Below are positions 1 to 10,135 of a stretch of DNA of 64,000 nt, in pieces. A model generated the notes under the pieces. That model had not been told where the DNA came from. It did not search any database and was given only the letters and a program-made list of their open reading frames with translations. The DNA comes from Candidatus Omnitrophota bacterium (GTDB lineage: Bacteria; Omnitrophota; Gorgyraeia; Zapsychrales; JAKLDJ01): assembly GCA_022703585.1 (NCBI GenBank), contig JAKLDJ010000002.1, forward strand, positions 283,413 to 347,412, given 5' to 3'. A program made the position numbers and the translations under genes. Each line of letters opens with the position of its first letter. Positions within the stretch are counted from its first letter, which is position 1.

Positions 1-1415
1 TCATTACATGCTTCTCCGAGATCGGCAGACCATAAATCCTCGTGGGCCCCAAGTATGTTTTTTGCCGCTAAAAATCCTATAAGCGTGGAACGATCCATAT
101 TGGTGTATTGAAACATCCCGTACCGGCCTATACATTGCAAATTGGAGAATCCGGAGACAAAATCTTTTATCACCGCAAGCGCCTGGCGATAGCCGTCATC
201 ATAGATCGGATAAGCCTTCGGAACCCGCAACACATAGCCGTCAGTAACCTCTTTATACGTTGCAAGTTTTAGTTTTTCTAGCTCACGCACTCCTAAGTCT
301 ATCAAATCCCTGTCGCTGAGAGACCAAAATGCGTCTCCTTCATCACAGAAATATTCCATCCCTAGCGATGCCTTATCCGGGCCAGCCACCATAGCCGGAC
401 TCCATTTTCTGAAATTCTGAATCCGAGCAACCCGGACCTGCGGAGAATGGACATAAATCCAATTGTCGGGCGATAGGTCTTTCCGGTCCACGATGCAATA
501 CACCATCACCATACTTCGATAACGCAATCTTTGGCATGTCTCTAGGATAAACCGTCCCGGAGGAGGATCCATCCTGGCCACTAATGACGTAATCGGCATA
601 CTAGAACAAAAATCACTCCCCCCGACTTCAAAAATACTTCCGCTTACAGAATCTTTGCAAACCAAAGACTTGATCCGTTTGTAATCATGCTTAATTTGAA
701 TTACTTCACTGCGTAATTTAACCTCTCCGCCTTTCTCGGTAATCTTCTGAGCAATGGCCTCATACATCATACCTGAGCCGAATCGGGGAAATAAGAATTC
801 TTTAATCAATGTTTTGACCGTATTGTTTCGTCCCCCCGATAAGGCGTTACGTAACGCCGTAGACAGCGAAAGCCCCTTGATGCGCTCTGAAGCCCAGTCG
901 GAAGAAATCTGCCGGCAGGGTATCCCCCATACTTTTTCTGTATACTCTTTAAAGAAGAGCTGATAGAGCTTTCTGCCAAAGCGATTAACAATCCACTGCT
1001 CAAAATTCGTTTCTTTCCTTTGGGGAAAAAGACGGCTTTTTAAATAGCTAAGCGGGATAAGAAAGGCATTCACCCATCCTATATTGGCAAGGACATTCCT
1101 AACCGAAAGAGGGTAATTAAAAAAGGTGTCTTGGTAGTATATTTTTGACGACCGGGGTATCTTTAAAAGATCTTCTTTCAGAAGATCTTGCCACCAGGTC
1201 AACACTTCTTTGTTCTTCGTAAAAAATCGGTGGCCACCGATATCAAAGTAATTGCCCTTGTAACGAATCGTACGACTTAAGCCCCCGACTTGGCTGTCCT
1301 GCTCAACAATCAGAGTATCCATCCCCTGATCGCACAATCGGTACCCTGCAGCAAGCCCCGCAGGACCGGCCCCGATGATAACTACCCTTTTCACAGACTC
1401 ATGACTGCCGCTCAC
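1..1415 (-). CDS. FAD-dependent oxidoreductase (amine-oxidase/UDP-galactopyranose-mutase-like Rossmann enzyme); 3' end runs off window start
   Basis: My own minus-strand translation gives V-S-G-S-H-E-S-V-K-R-VVIIGAGPAGLAAGYRL...GGHRFF...: a GxGxxG FAD/NAD dinucleotide-binding motif within about 12 residues of a GTG start. The GTG is preceded by an AGGAAAGG RBS. About 471 codons are open with no in-frame stop before position 1. The ORF track did not list it because it is truncated. Confidence 0.7.
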   Translation of the reverse strand, partial: MSGSHESVKRVVIIGAGPAGLAAGYRLCDQGMDTLIVEQDSQVGGLSRTIRYKGNYFDIGGHRFFTKNKEVLTWWQDLLKEDLLKIPRSSKIYYQDTFFNYPLSVRNVLANIGWVNAFLIPLSYLKSRLFPQRKETNFEQWIVNRFGRKLYQLFFKEYTEKVWGIPCRQISSDWASERIKGLSLSTALRNALSGGRNNTVKTLIKEFLFPRFGSGMMYEAIAQKITEKGGEVKLRSEVIQIKHDYKRIKSLVCKDSVSGSIFEVGGSDFCSSMPITSLVARMDPPPGRFILETCQRLRYRSMVMVYCIVDRKDLSPDNWIYVHSPQVRVARIQNFRKWSPAMVAGPDKASLGMEYFCDEGDAFWSLSDRDLIDLGVRELEKLKLATYKEVTDGYVLRVPKAYPIYDDGYRQALAVIKDFVSGFSNLQCIGRYGMFQYTNMDRSTLIGFLAAKNILGAHEDLWSADLGEACN

Positions 1416-1545
1416 GTTTGACCTTTCCTGTTCACAATAATCATTTTTACAACTTTTAGCCTTAAAAGCTTTATCGGTTTATAAGCCCGAAATATCTTGA
1501 AATTAGTACCGCTTAATATAAAATATTTAAAAGGGTTAAATTTAA

Positions 1546-2283
1546 ATGTTTATCTTTCTTCGACTGCTATTGGCTCATTTTGTGGGGGATTTTCCCCTCC
1601 AGCTGAATGTCATTTTCAGGCTGAAAAATAAAGGGTTACGAGGTATCATCCCTCATGCATTCATTATCACCCTGTGTTGTATCACGCTTTCCTGGCCCTA
1701 CCTTCATCTGCCCCAACTATGGCTGTTTGTAGCTTTTATCGGGGTCACACACCTCGCCCAGGATTCAATCAAACTCAGCTACGGTACCATCAAGTATAGC
1801 TTCTGGACCTACCTTCTTGATCAACTTTCTCATGTAGGAATCATCGCGCTTGTTTTTTTTACCGATCTTAAGAACCTGCAGCCTCCCTGCGATCAATCCA
1901 GCCTTATCGTCCGAATTTACTCCAATGACATGCTCATCGTCTATTTGATTGCGCTCATTCTCGTCACTTATAACGGATTATTCTTAATCAGAAACTTTAA
2001 GATTACCTTCATGGGAAAATCGGGAATACATCATTCTTTCGAGAAATGGTACGGGATGGTCGAGAGGGCCTTAATAGTTTCGGCCTTCTTTACCGGTGGC
2101 TACGCTTTTCTTTGGCTGCCCGCAGTAATGCTGGCCAGGCCGCTTTTATTCTTCTCGTGGAGAAAACAGCTCGGGCTTCATAAGAATTTTATTTCCTTTG
2201 TAGAAATATCTTTAAGCTGGATAATAGCCGTCATTGTCGGAGTCGCGCTGTATTTATTTCAGGCCAATTACTCTGTATATTGA
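1546..2283 (+). CDS. polytopic membrane protein, DUF3307-like (N-terminal HFVGDFPLQ motif)
   Basis: 245 aa with multiple hydrophobic helices. The N-terminal LLAHFVGDFPLQ resembles the DUF3307 signature as I recall it. No catalytic motif recognised. Confidence 0.45.
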   Translation: MFIFLRLLLAHFVGDFPLQLNVIFRLKNKGLRGIIPHAFIITLCCITLSWPYLHLPQLWLFVAFIGVTHLAQDSIKLSYGTIKYSFWTYLLDQLSHVGIIALVFFTDLKNLQPPCDQSSLIVRIYSNDMLIVYLIALILVTYNGLFLIRNFKITFMGKSGIHHSFEKWYGMVERALIVSAFFTGGYAFLWLPAVMLARPLLFFSWRKQLGLHKNFISFVEISLSWIIAVIVGVALYLFQANYSVY

Positions 2284-4527
2284 AACAGGTTTTGACTTGC
2301 CCTTCACCGAGATCGGTTCCAGCTTTTCCACGAGGACGTGGTCGGCGACTAAAGCAAAGGTGGGTTCGCTGATAATAATTTCGTTCTTGCTGGCGGCAGA
2401 ACAGAGTCTCGCCGCCAAATTCACATTGTCCCCGATGACCGTATAATCCATCCGTTCTGCCGAGCCCATATTTCCCACAACCATTTCTCCGGTATTAATG
2501 CCGACGCCTATCTGCAAAGTTTCTCTTTTCTCTTGTACCCATTGAGCTTGGAGTTCTGCCATTTTGGCCTGAATCTCGACGGCAGTACGCACGGCTACTA
2601 ACGCATGATTATTCAAATGCTGGTTCCCCGGAGCGCCAAAGAACGCCATCACCTCATCACCGACAAATTTATCCAATGTCCCGTTGTATTTAAAAATAAT
2701 CTTTACCTGCTGTGACAAGATTTCATTGAGTGCGGCTACAACCTCTTCCGGCTGATGCGATTCGGAGAAAGTTGTAAACCCTCTCACATCGGAAAAAAGG
2801 ACGGTGATCAGGCGCCGCTCGCCCCCGAGTTTCAGCCGCGAAGGATCCTCAATGAGCTCAGAAATAACTTCGTTGGAAAGGTAGTGGCTAAAAGCTTTTT
2901 TGATCCAAAGTTTTTCCTTCTCTTCCGTAAAGAAACGAAAACTGGTTATGGAAGAAGACCCGAAGACCACAATCGCCAAGGGCCCCACCAAATCTATCCA
3001 GAGACCAAACCAGACAAAGGCAAAAAAAGCAACCAGAAAGTAGCCTAACGCGTAACCGATAGACAAGACGAAGCTTTTCCACAGCTTCATCAAAGAACTG
3101 AATGCTATAACCAGGGCCGTCAAAAGAAAAATAAAAACACGTAAACCGCCTTCCCTTTTTACGATAAAGTTTTCGGTGAGGATGGTATTGATAAAATTAG
3201 AATGCGTCCCCACCATAGGGTAGTTTTCCTGCAGGGGAATCGGACGCAGGTCATGCGTGCCTGTTGCCGTAAGCCCAACAATACAGATCTTTCCCTTGAT
3301 CATTTGGGTCAGTTTTTGCATCAGCTCAAGCTCGGTCTTTTTTAAATGTGCAACCGTGCCCGACCCGCCGGATACTTGAGCCTGGCCATCAGGATCGTTC
3401 TGCTGCTGTGCCAGCTGATCCCTGACTTCCTGAAGCTTGATAATAAGATGGTACGGGATATGTTTAAATGAGGCGTCCCACCTGCCTTGCCAATTGACCA
3501 GCATGCAGCCGTTCTCATCAACCGGAACAGAAATATCCTTCACCTTACCATCTAAGTGAGCGTCCTTGAGAATAACGCGATCAGGCGCAGTTTCTATTTT
3601 CTTAACTTCCAGAAAATCAATAAGAGCGGCTACTGTAAGCTGAGGCAGAATCTTATCCTCGTACTGCACAAAGAGCGGAACCCGGCGGGTCACGCCGTCT
3701 AAGTCGGGATTCGCATTAATAAAACCACTTCCCTTGATATGTTCGGCATACACCCGAATAGGCACAGCCAAATCCCCGTATTCTTTCTTAAAAGGCCATT
3801 TCTCCGACGGAAGGTTGCGGGAAAATTTATTAATAAAAAATCTCTCCAACTTTTGATTCGGAAAACGCTGACTGACATAATCTTCCAATTCGGCAAATAA
3901 AAACCAGCCTTGTGTTTGCTCCATCCTCTCCAAAAGACCTTCAAGCGAGATATCCGGGTCCTGGCGGATCAGATCCTTCGTGATTTCGCTTAAAACCATC
4001 CTCTGCGCCTTGGGAAGCTTATCACTTAAAGATTCAGCCCTCATTCCCAAAGTTTTTGCCGCATCTTCGACTGATATCGCAATATCTTTAAGAAGCAGGG
4101 ATTTAAGTTCCGGCGAAAGAACGGATTGATTTTCGTCAAAGTAAAAAGGCAGGTAGGTTATCCCTGTCCGGGAAAGGACATCTGCAAAAAAGGCATCTTC
4201 TTGGGGGTTATCCTTAAACTCCTCGGTAAAAAGGATATCCATCAGGATCTGTTTCGCCTGACATTCCTTTAAGAGGCTGGTGAGCTGGGCATGGTAATTT
4301 CTCGGCCAGGGCCAACGGCCTAAAGCCGCAAGGCCTTGATCGTCAATGTCAATATGCAAAATAGGGGCCCGGGGAGGATGATTATCCTTAAGGGCAAACC
4401 GCAGGTCTAAAGCCTTGAATTCTAAGATTTGGTAGGTTTTAGATTGTGCAGAAAAGAGAGTGAAACATGCCAGCGATATGGTAATGCCAAGGCTGACAAG
4501 TAATTTAACGCGAGCCTTTTTATTCAC
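2254..4527 (-). CDS. CHASE2 sensor-domain class III adenylate/guanylate cyclase
   Basis: N-terminal signal/TM, then a large periplasmic region and a TM block, matching CHASE2 topology. The C-terminal cyclase catalytic domain shows SDVRGFTTFSE...FVGDEVMAFFGAP...GINTGEMVVGNMGS, which are class III nucleotidyl cyclase motifs. Confidence 0.85.
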   Translation of the reverse strand: MNKKARVKLLVSLGITISLACFTLFSAQSKTYQILEFKALDLRFALKDNHPPRAPILHIDIDDQGLAALGRWPWPRNYHAQLTSLLKECQAKQILMDILFTEEFKDNPQEDAFFADVLSRTGITYLPFYFDENQSVLSPELKSLLLKDIAISVEDAAKTLGMRAESLSDKLPKAQRMVLSEITKDLIRQDPDISLEGLLERMEQTQGWFLFAELEDYVSQRFPNQKLERFFINKFSRNLPSEKWPFKKEYGDLAVPIRVYAEHIKGSGFINANPDLDGVTRRVPLFVQYEDKILPQLTVAALIDFLEVKKIETAPDRVILKDAHLDGKVKDISVPVDENGCMLVNWQGRWDASFKHIPYHLIIKLQEVRDQLAQQQNDPDGQAQVSGGSGTVAHLKKTELELMQKLTQMIKGKICIVGLTATGTHDLRPIPLQENYPMVGTHSNFINTILTENFIVKREGGLRVFIFLLTALVIAFSSLMKLWKSFVLSIGYALGYFLVAFFAFVWFGLWIDLVGPLAIVVFGSSSITSFRFFTEEKEKLWIKKAFSHYLSNEVISELIEDPSRLKLGGERRLITVLFSDVRGFTTFSESHQPEEVVAALNEILSQQVKIIFKYNGTLDKFVGDEVMAFFGAPGNQHLNNHALVAVRTAVEIQAKMAELQAQWVQEKRETLQIGVGINTGEMVVGNMGSAERMDYTVIGDNVNLAARLCSAASKNEIIISEPTFALVADHVLVEKLEPISVKGKSKPVSIYRVIGLK

Positions 4528-4551
4528 GAATTTTCCGTAGGTATAACTGGC

Positions 4552-5565
4552 TTAAAATTTGTAATACGTAGACGCCGAAATGAGCGATCCGGAATATTTA
4601 TCTACGGGTTCATTCGAATAGTTCTGACGATAGGTGTAATTTAAGCCGAAAGAAACGGCTTTATTTAAATTATAAAGAAGGCCCGTCGAAAACAGAAAGG
4701 TCCTCTCTTTTTCCTTATTACCGGCATCATTCATAAGTGTTCGGCTGCGGTAATCTCGATACTGCTCCCAAAAAGAGAAAACCCCGGCGAGCTTGTCATC
4801 AAAAATATGCGTTAAAGAAGTGCCGACTTTATAAGAATCGTAATCATAGTATTTCAAATATGTTTCATTAGAGTTGTTATTAAAATACTGAAAACTTACC
4901 TTGAGCAAATCTTTCTTAAAGTATTTACCGATTTCATACTCCACGACATTGCGGACATCGGTCCTCTCCTTGTCGGTATCGGTCGCTAAGGCTGTTCTCG
5001 TATAACGCTTCATGTAGTTACGATACAAGATATCATAGGCTAAGCTATGAAACATTTTATAGGGCAACTTATGCCGCATTTTAAGCTCTAATGTATTATC
5101 TAAGTAATCATCGCTTCCGCTCTTTAAAAACTCCATGCTGTCAAAACTATAGGTAGCAATAAGATTGACTTTTTTGTTGAGTTTATAATCGGCGCCGAAA
5201 CGCAAGCCGTTTTTGATTAGATTCAAGTCGCTCTCACCGGCATAAAACAGGCTCATCATTTCGTATTCAAATAATCCTTCTGTTTTTTTAGTGAGCGGGG
5301 CAAGAAAAGAAGCCCGAAAAAGAGTCTGGGTAAAGGCATCTGCCTCTCTCTGGCTATCCAGGTAAGCATTATTATCAAACCCTTCGGTGACAGCGAGGAG
5401 GTACTTGAATTTGCCTTTCTCTAAAAGAGACTTTTGCGGCCCCAGATAAATCTTCCTGATTCTGGGAGTAACTTCTTCCTCGCTTAAGTCCGTAGCATAA
5501 GAAATGGCCGGCATCAGCACCAAGGCCAAGATACCTGCTAAGACTATCAGTTTCTTGTTCTTCAT
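4552..5565 (-). CDS. outer-membrane beta-barrel protein (hypothetical)
   Basis: Signal peptide MKNKKLIVLAGILALVLMPAISYA. Alternating amphipathic Y/F/T-rich strands throughout. C-terminal ...STYYKF with a terminal Phe, typical of OMP beta-barrels. Confidence 0.55.
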   Translation of the reverse strand: MKNKKLIVLAGILALVLMPAISYATDLSEEEVTPRIRKIYLGPQKSLLEKGKFKYLLAVTEGFDNNAYLDSQREADAFTQTLFRASFLAPLTKKTEGLFEYEMMSLFYAGESDLNLIKNGLRFGADYKLNKKVNLIATYSFDSMEFLKSGSDDYLDNTLELKMRHKLPYKMFHSLAYDILYRNYMKRYTRTALATDTDKERTDVRNVVEYEIGKYFKKDLLKVSFQYFNNNSNETYLKYYDYDSYKVGTSLTHIFDDKLAGVFSFWEQYRDYRSRTLMNDAGNKEKERTFLFSTGLLYNLNKAVSFGLNYTYRQNYSNEPVDKYSGSLISASTYYKF

Positions 5566-5619
5566 CTTGCCTCCTTTATTTTTACTTTGTCTTTCTATCC
5601 GATAAGGAAAAAATTAATT

Positions 5620-6474
5620 TTAATGTTCGTGCCCGCCACCGCCGCCTATTTCATCGAGACGCTCTTCGGTATTGCGGTCTTCAATATCTTCCTGGGTGCC
5701 GATAACTTCCTCAATAACGCCTCCCTCTTCAGAGGTTTGATCAGTCTGCTGCTCAAGGGCAGATTTTTCCTCTTGCTTTGTCTCTTGCCGTTCTCTGCGC
5801 TCTGCCTCTATCTGGGCTCTGTTGCTCATCCTCCCCTCGACATTAGCAGAAAGATCCTCCATCATACCGTCAAAATTATCAAACTCCCGCGTGCTGATCT
5901 GCATCAGAGCACCTGCTGCCTCAAACCGCTCGATCAGCGTCTTAAATCCTTCCGGGAGCATGGTTTCGGAAATCTCATTCTTGTCAACATCGTAGGTCTT
6001 GATAAAAACAGTATCCTTATATGCGTAGACCTCATCCGCATCCCTCTCTACATAGACGGAATAACTGCTGCCCCTAACACCGGCTACCGCGGAGGGCGTA
6101 CTCACTTCAAAACTTAAGCCTGCCTTAATGCCTTCCAAATTGGAGTAAACTTTTCCCCGGGAAAGATCGAGCCGGTCTATGGACTCTTCGGTCGAGGATT
6201 GCAAGGCTACAAGTGTCTTGGGTTCGACCCTGATCATGTTCTTCTTTTCCGGATCAAGGGCAACCTCAGCCACGGAATGCCGTGCAGTCCTTATCAAATC
6301 TCCGATATCCACCTTCATCCCCTTCTCGGCCTTCTTCCATATATTATCCACCGGAGACTGCACTTGGACATTCCCTTCGACATAGACAATTTCCGCTGCG
6401 TTTAAAATTCTCTGGGTACCAATGACACCAAAGAATAACGCCATGCATAAAACCAACGCCTGATATTTTCTCAT
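5620..6474 (-). CDS. FecR-domain secreted protein with acidic low-complexity C-terminal tail
   Basis: FecR-like core: EIVYVEGNVQVQSPVDNIWKKAEKGMKVDIGDLIRT...VSTPSAVAGVRGSSYSV. Start moved to the internal ATG at 6474 (MRKYQALVLCMALFFGVIG signal-like N-terminus), which has a GGGAGAG RBS 6 nt upstream. C-terminus is E/R/Q-rich and ends GGGGGHEH. Confidence 0.6.
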   Translation of the reverse strand: MRKYQALVLCMALFFGVIGTQRILNAAEIVYVEGNVQVQSPVDNIWKKAEKGMKVDIGDLIRTARHSVAEVALDPEKKNMIRVEPKTLVALQSSTEESIDRLDLSRGKVYSNLEGIKAGLSFEVSTPSAVAGVRGSSYSVYVERDADEVYAYKDTVFIKTYDVDKNEISETMLPEGFKTLIERFEAAGALMQISTREFDNFDGMMEDLSANVEGRMSNRAQIEAERRERQETKQEEKSALEQQTDQTSEEGGVIEEVIGTQEDIEDRNTEERLDEIGGGGGHEH

Positions 6475-6538
6475 AACCATCTCTCCCTTTTGCATAACCC
6501 TTTGAATGAATAGCATCAATTAAACGCTCCCTTTATTG

Positions 6539-8311
6539 CTAAAAGCCCTGAGTAACAGACCACCATACATGCGGATAATGCCCGGTATCGTCTTTGGGAT
6601 CATCCTCCGATGTCGGCCAGCCAACATCCAAACGTGTTGCCAGATTCCGGTCGGGGACATTAAACAACACTCCGAAACCCGCCGAACTTAAAGTGGTAGT
6701 CTCCCTCTGCGATTCTGTGGGATTTTTTAAGATCGCCTCTCCCCAGTCATAGAAGGTAAATAATTTTACAGAATCATATAATTTCGTTTTTGAAAAAGGA
6801 ACATTGAGGTGCCGCGGGACACCAAAAGGAGGAAAAGAGAATCCTCCGCTAAACGATCTTCCTGAATCTCCGGGGGCCTGGGCGCGCGGATATCCCCGGT
6901 TATCGATAACGCCCATGATGCCTCCTATACTAAACACATTGACGCCGGTAAGAGCCTGAGAAGAAAGTTGCCATTTTCCTTTACCAATAAAATCAATTCC
7001 GGCAAAAAGTTTCTGGCGCCGTGCAACCGTTATAATATTCTTCGTATAGGCACTGCCGGCACCCGGTACAGACGTCTCGTCGCTCTTTCTGGGAGAAGCA
7101 CCCCACATCCCGGGGATCCCTTTTTCCAGGTCATTAGTAATAACCCACCGCCCGTATTTATCGGCGCGGTTAAAATCAATCCCCCACATGAGGGATCGAA
7201 ACCTGTCTTTCTTGGTAGCATGTTTCCAATCGCGATCTCCGCCATTCTGATACCAATGAATATCCATGTATTTAAAACCATACTGGGATACGAGTTCGCA
7301 ATTCGGCTCATCGATCAGGGATTGGTTAAACCAAAAATAGAACTTACGCGCGTGTTTCTCAAAATCTGTCTGCTCGTTGTCTGAGTAATAATAATCCTCG
7401 ATCTTATAGGGCATGTAATACAGTTCGAGTTTCCAGGTATTATTCAGAGGAAGAAAATAATCAATGTCCGCCAGCTGATGGGCATCGGCTTCCGTTCTTT
7501 GGACCTTGATCGTCACGGAATCATCATGGCCGGTAATATTGTTATGCGTAAGATAGGTTTTGTAGCGCCTTTGGAAGATATATTCCGATCCATAGTTATC
7601 CACCTGGAGGGTAGAATGCAACGTGGATTTATCTTTAACGGTAATAACGATATTCGTACGCCCTGTCTGCACATTAGGGTCACAGGCAACACTCACTTTT
7701 CGATCCGGATGCTTGTTGATTCTGTAAATATCCTTATTGAGCTGCCTGAAATTAAAAGGCTGGCCCTCTTTTAAGGTAATTTTCTTTTCCAAGAGCTTGG
7801 TAGAAAAGTGTTTATTCCCCTGGAACTCAATGGTACCGGTCTTGCCTTCGACCACCATAATTTCCAAAATACCGGAGCTTAACTTATCGGGAACAATGTA
7901 AGCGTACGAGGTAATATAACCTTCGCGGCTGTAGGCACGGGTAATAAGATCCGCCGCTTTCTGCATCTGTTTGGCGTTAAGTTCTTTATTCTCAAATCCG
8001 GCTTTAATCTCATCAATGGCTTCTTGGGCCAGAAAGGTCGAACCGATAACATCAATCCGGTCGATTTTTGTTTTTCCTGCGGGCAAAGTGGGCTTAGGAA
8101 TTTGCGCGTCCACTGTTTGCTTCAATGCAATAGCCGGAGATTTAGCGCTTTTGCTTACAATGTCTTTTTCTATCTGCGCCGATCTAGCGTCATCATCAGC
8201 GGCATCCTCATCAAAGGCAAAAACCCCTTGAGGATTAACAATAATCGCCAGAGCCAAAAATAGGATAAAAACGACCCCTCCACACACCGCACGCCAATTA
8301 CTTTTTACCAT
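6539..8311 (-). CDS. TpsB/ShlB/FhaC-family outer-membrane transporter (POTRA + beta-barrel)
   Basis: N-terminal TM/signal. POTRA-like segment IDRIDVIGSTFLAQEAIDEI...ILEIMVVEGKTGTIEFQGNKHFSTKLLEKKITLKEGQPFNFRQLNKDIYRINK. Long beta-rich C-terminal domain ending ...WWSVTQGF (terminal Phe). Confidence 0.7.
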   Translation of the reverse strand: MVKSNWRAVCGGVVFILFLALAIIVNPQGVFAFDEDAADDDARSAQIEKDIVSKSAKSPAIALKQTVDAQIPKPTLPAGKTKIDRIDVIGSTFLAQEAIDEIKAGFENKELNAKQMQKAADLITRAYSREGYITSYAYIVPDKLSSGILEIMVVEGKTGTIEFQGNKHFSTKLLEKKITLKEGQPFNFRQLNKDIYRINKHPDRKVSVACDPNVQTGRTNIVITVKDKSTLHSTLQVDNYGSEYIFQRRYKTYLTHNNITGHDDSVTIKVQRTEADAHQLADIDYFLPLNNTWKLELYYMPYKIEDYYYSDNEQTDFEKHARKFYFWFNQSLIDEPNCELVSQYGFKYMDIHWYQNGGDRDWKHATKKDRFRSLMWGIDFNRADKYGRWVITNDLEKGIPGMWGASPRKSDETSVPGAGSAYTKNIITVARRQKLFAGIDFIGKGKWQLSSQALTGVNVFSIGGIMGVIDNRGYPRAQAPGDSGRSFSGGFSFPPFGVPRHLNVPFSKTKLYDSVKLFTFYDWGEAILKNPTESQRETTTLSSAGFGVLFNVPDRNLATRLDVGWPTSEDDPKDDTGHYPHVWWSVTQGF

Positions 8312-8468
8312 TGACCCATCCTCCTTTTACGAATTCTAGCCTGCCAATGATTCCTTTATAGCCGTTTTTCTCTGAAACATAACACCTAGCAATATATAGG
8401 TATTATCGTAAATGCTCTACTTTGTATTGTCAAGAAAATATCTACAAATACATACAATTTTTGAAACC

Positions 8469-9137
8469 CTATTTCTCGTTTATTTTCTGAGAAAAATAAT
8501 TGATAAAGACGAAGATAAACAAAACACCGATAACCAATTGCGCCATAACCGCTATCTGCCCTGCAGCCCCCCGGGCGCAAATATCTCCAAACCCGACGGT
8601 GGTATTCGCCACCATACTGAAATACAATGCCGAAACAGGAGTCAGGTCCTGGTTCAAAAGATCAAAGCCGATATAAATAACCGCAAAATCAAAAATAACT
8701 TCCATGTAATGCACAAAAAGCAGCAAAATAGAACGGTGATACGACATCGAGACGCCGTAAATATCCGATAGGAAGATTATATTAAGGATATGGAGGACTG
8801 TTTCGCTCAATAAGTAAATAATAATAAAAACAATCAGCGGATTTTGGTATAACCCGGAAGACAAGACAAAAAGCGGAAACAGAAATTTAAAAACCGTATA
8901 CGCTTCGACGGCGAGCTTTCTGGAGAGAAATCCTCCCCGGCCGAATGCATCGCGCACCAAAAGAACGGGAAAAACAAACTGGATAGCACAAAGAAATAAC
9001 CGTACGAGGCGCTCCAGGCCGTAGGTATCATCCGCCCAAACCTTTTTGAGCAGCCTTAACTGCTGCACATAAGCTTCTGGCGGCTTATCGTCGGAAGTAC
9101 TCTGCGGGCCAATAAACAGGTGTTTGAATTTAAACAT
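8469..9137 (-). CDS. small potassium-channel-like protein (pore helix + TTVGFGD selectivity filter)
   Basis: Hydrophobic helices followed by YFSMVANTTVGFGDI (a TVGYGD-type K+ filter) and a final TM, IAVMAQLVIGVLFIFVFINYF. Confidence 0.6.
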   Translation of the reverse strand: MFKFKHLFIGPQSTSDDKPPEAYVQQLRLLKKVWADDTYGLERLVRLFLCAIQFVFPVLLVRDAFGRGGFLSRKLAVEAYTVFKFLFPLFVLSSGLYQNPLIVFIIIYLLSETVLHILNIIFLSDIYGVSMSYHRSILLLFVHYMEVIFDFAVIYIGFDLLNQDLTPVSALYFSMVANTTVGFGDICARGAAGQIAVMAQLVIGVLFIFVFINYFSQKINEK

Positions 9138-9150
9138 TGTGCCGGCGTGC

Positions 9151-10038
9151 TTACTTATCCTCAGTGTGTACTTTTTTATAATATCGTTTCGTATAATATT
9201 GCAGCGCGTCGTCGTTGGTAAGCCATATATTATCCTGACCTGGCCCTATATATTTGAATACTTCGGTAGCCAGGCCGTCTTTGTTATAGACGAACACCCT
9301 GGTTGAAGAAATAATATCATCCGGAGTAAACCACTGGCCGTCAGGGCCAAGGCCTTCATGCTGCGCATGGTATTCCATGGCGCGAGTCATCTTCCCTTGA
9401 TCATCATATTCGTGCTTATGGCATTTTTCAATCTCATCGTCAGCGGTAAACCACTTATGATCTGCGCCTTGACCTACATACTCTATATCCTGCGTCACTT
9501 GGCCAAACGGCCCGTAGGCATAGGTAGTGTAGCGTACCACTTCACCCTTGCTATTGTATCGTACCGCCCGAGTCTTTCTTCCTGAAGCATCGTGCTCATA
9601 GAGGGAACGATATTCTTCGGCATCTTCGCCTCTTCCTTTGTTCTTATAAAAAACTTCTTTAACCGGCGCTCCATTTTCATCGTATTCATAATCCTGCATC
9701 TCTTCATCAGAGCCGAGCGCGAAGTCGATTATTCCTGCAAAACATTTCTTTTTGGTCAATTTTCCCTGACGGTTATATTCGGTAATATAATAACGATAGA
9801 CCTTATCATCCTTGGTAAACCATTGGCCGTCTTTACCCGCGACATACTTAACTTCTTTAGCCACGCGTAAATTGCTGCCGGCGGGTAGGGTTGCATCCTC
9901 TATATCTACAACCTCTGCCTTCTGTAAAGAAAGCTGCTCATCGCCCAAGCCTAAGGGCTGGGCGAACAAACCATGCGGCTTAGCGAACAAAAAAGCCCCC
10001 AGAATAATCAAAGCAGCAACAACTCTTTTACGCATCAA
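9151..10038 (-). CDS. secreted repeat protein with 4x about 45-aa 'G.G.D..WFTxDD' repeats (unassigned family)
   Basis: Signal peptide ...LFAKPHGLFAQ. Four repeats: AGKDGQWFTKDDKVYRYY / GQGADHKWFTADDEIEKCHKHEY / GLGPDGQWFTPDDIISST / GPGQDNIWLTNDDALQYY. Paralog of the next gene, with visible DNA-level similarity. Confidence 0.6.
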   Translation of the reverse strand: MMRKRVVAALIILGAFLFAKPHGLFAQPLGLGDEQLSLQKAEVVDIEDATLPAGSNLRVAKEVKYVAGKDGQWFTKDDKVYRYYITEYNRQGKLTKKKCFAGIIDFALGSDEEMQDYEYDENGAPVKEVFYKNKGRGEDAEEYRSLYEHDASGRKTRAVRYNSKGEVVRYTTYAYGPFGQVTQDIEYVGQGADHKWFTADDEIEKCHKHEYDDQGKMTRAMEYHAQHEGLGPDGQWFTPDDIISSTRVFVYNKDGLATEVFKYIGPGQDNIWLTNDDALQYYTKRYYKKVHTEDK

Positions 10039-10135
10039 GTTCCCTGGAATAAAAACTGTTTTTAAGTAAACTTATCTTTTAATCCGAATCCGAGAATAAA
10101 AATGACCCCGGAAATACCCCAATCGTAACGGTTAC

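Noticed and set aside
5587-6117. 176-aa plus-strand ORF
   Set aside because: It is embedded antisense in the FecR-domain gene, which has recognisable domain motifs. The 176-aa ORF has no motif or RBS and a low-complexity translation.
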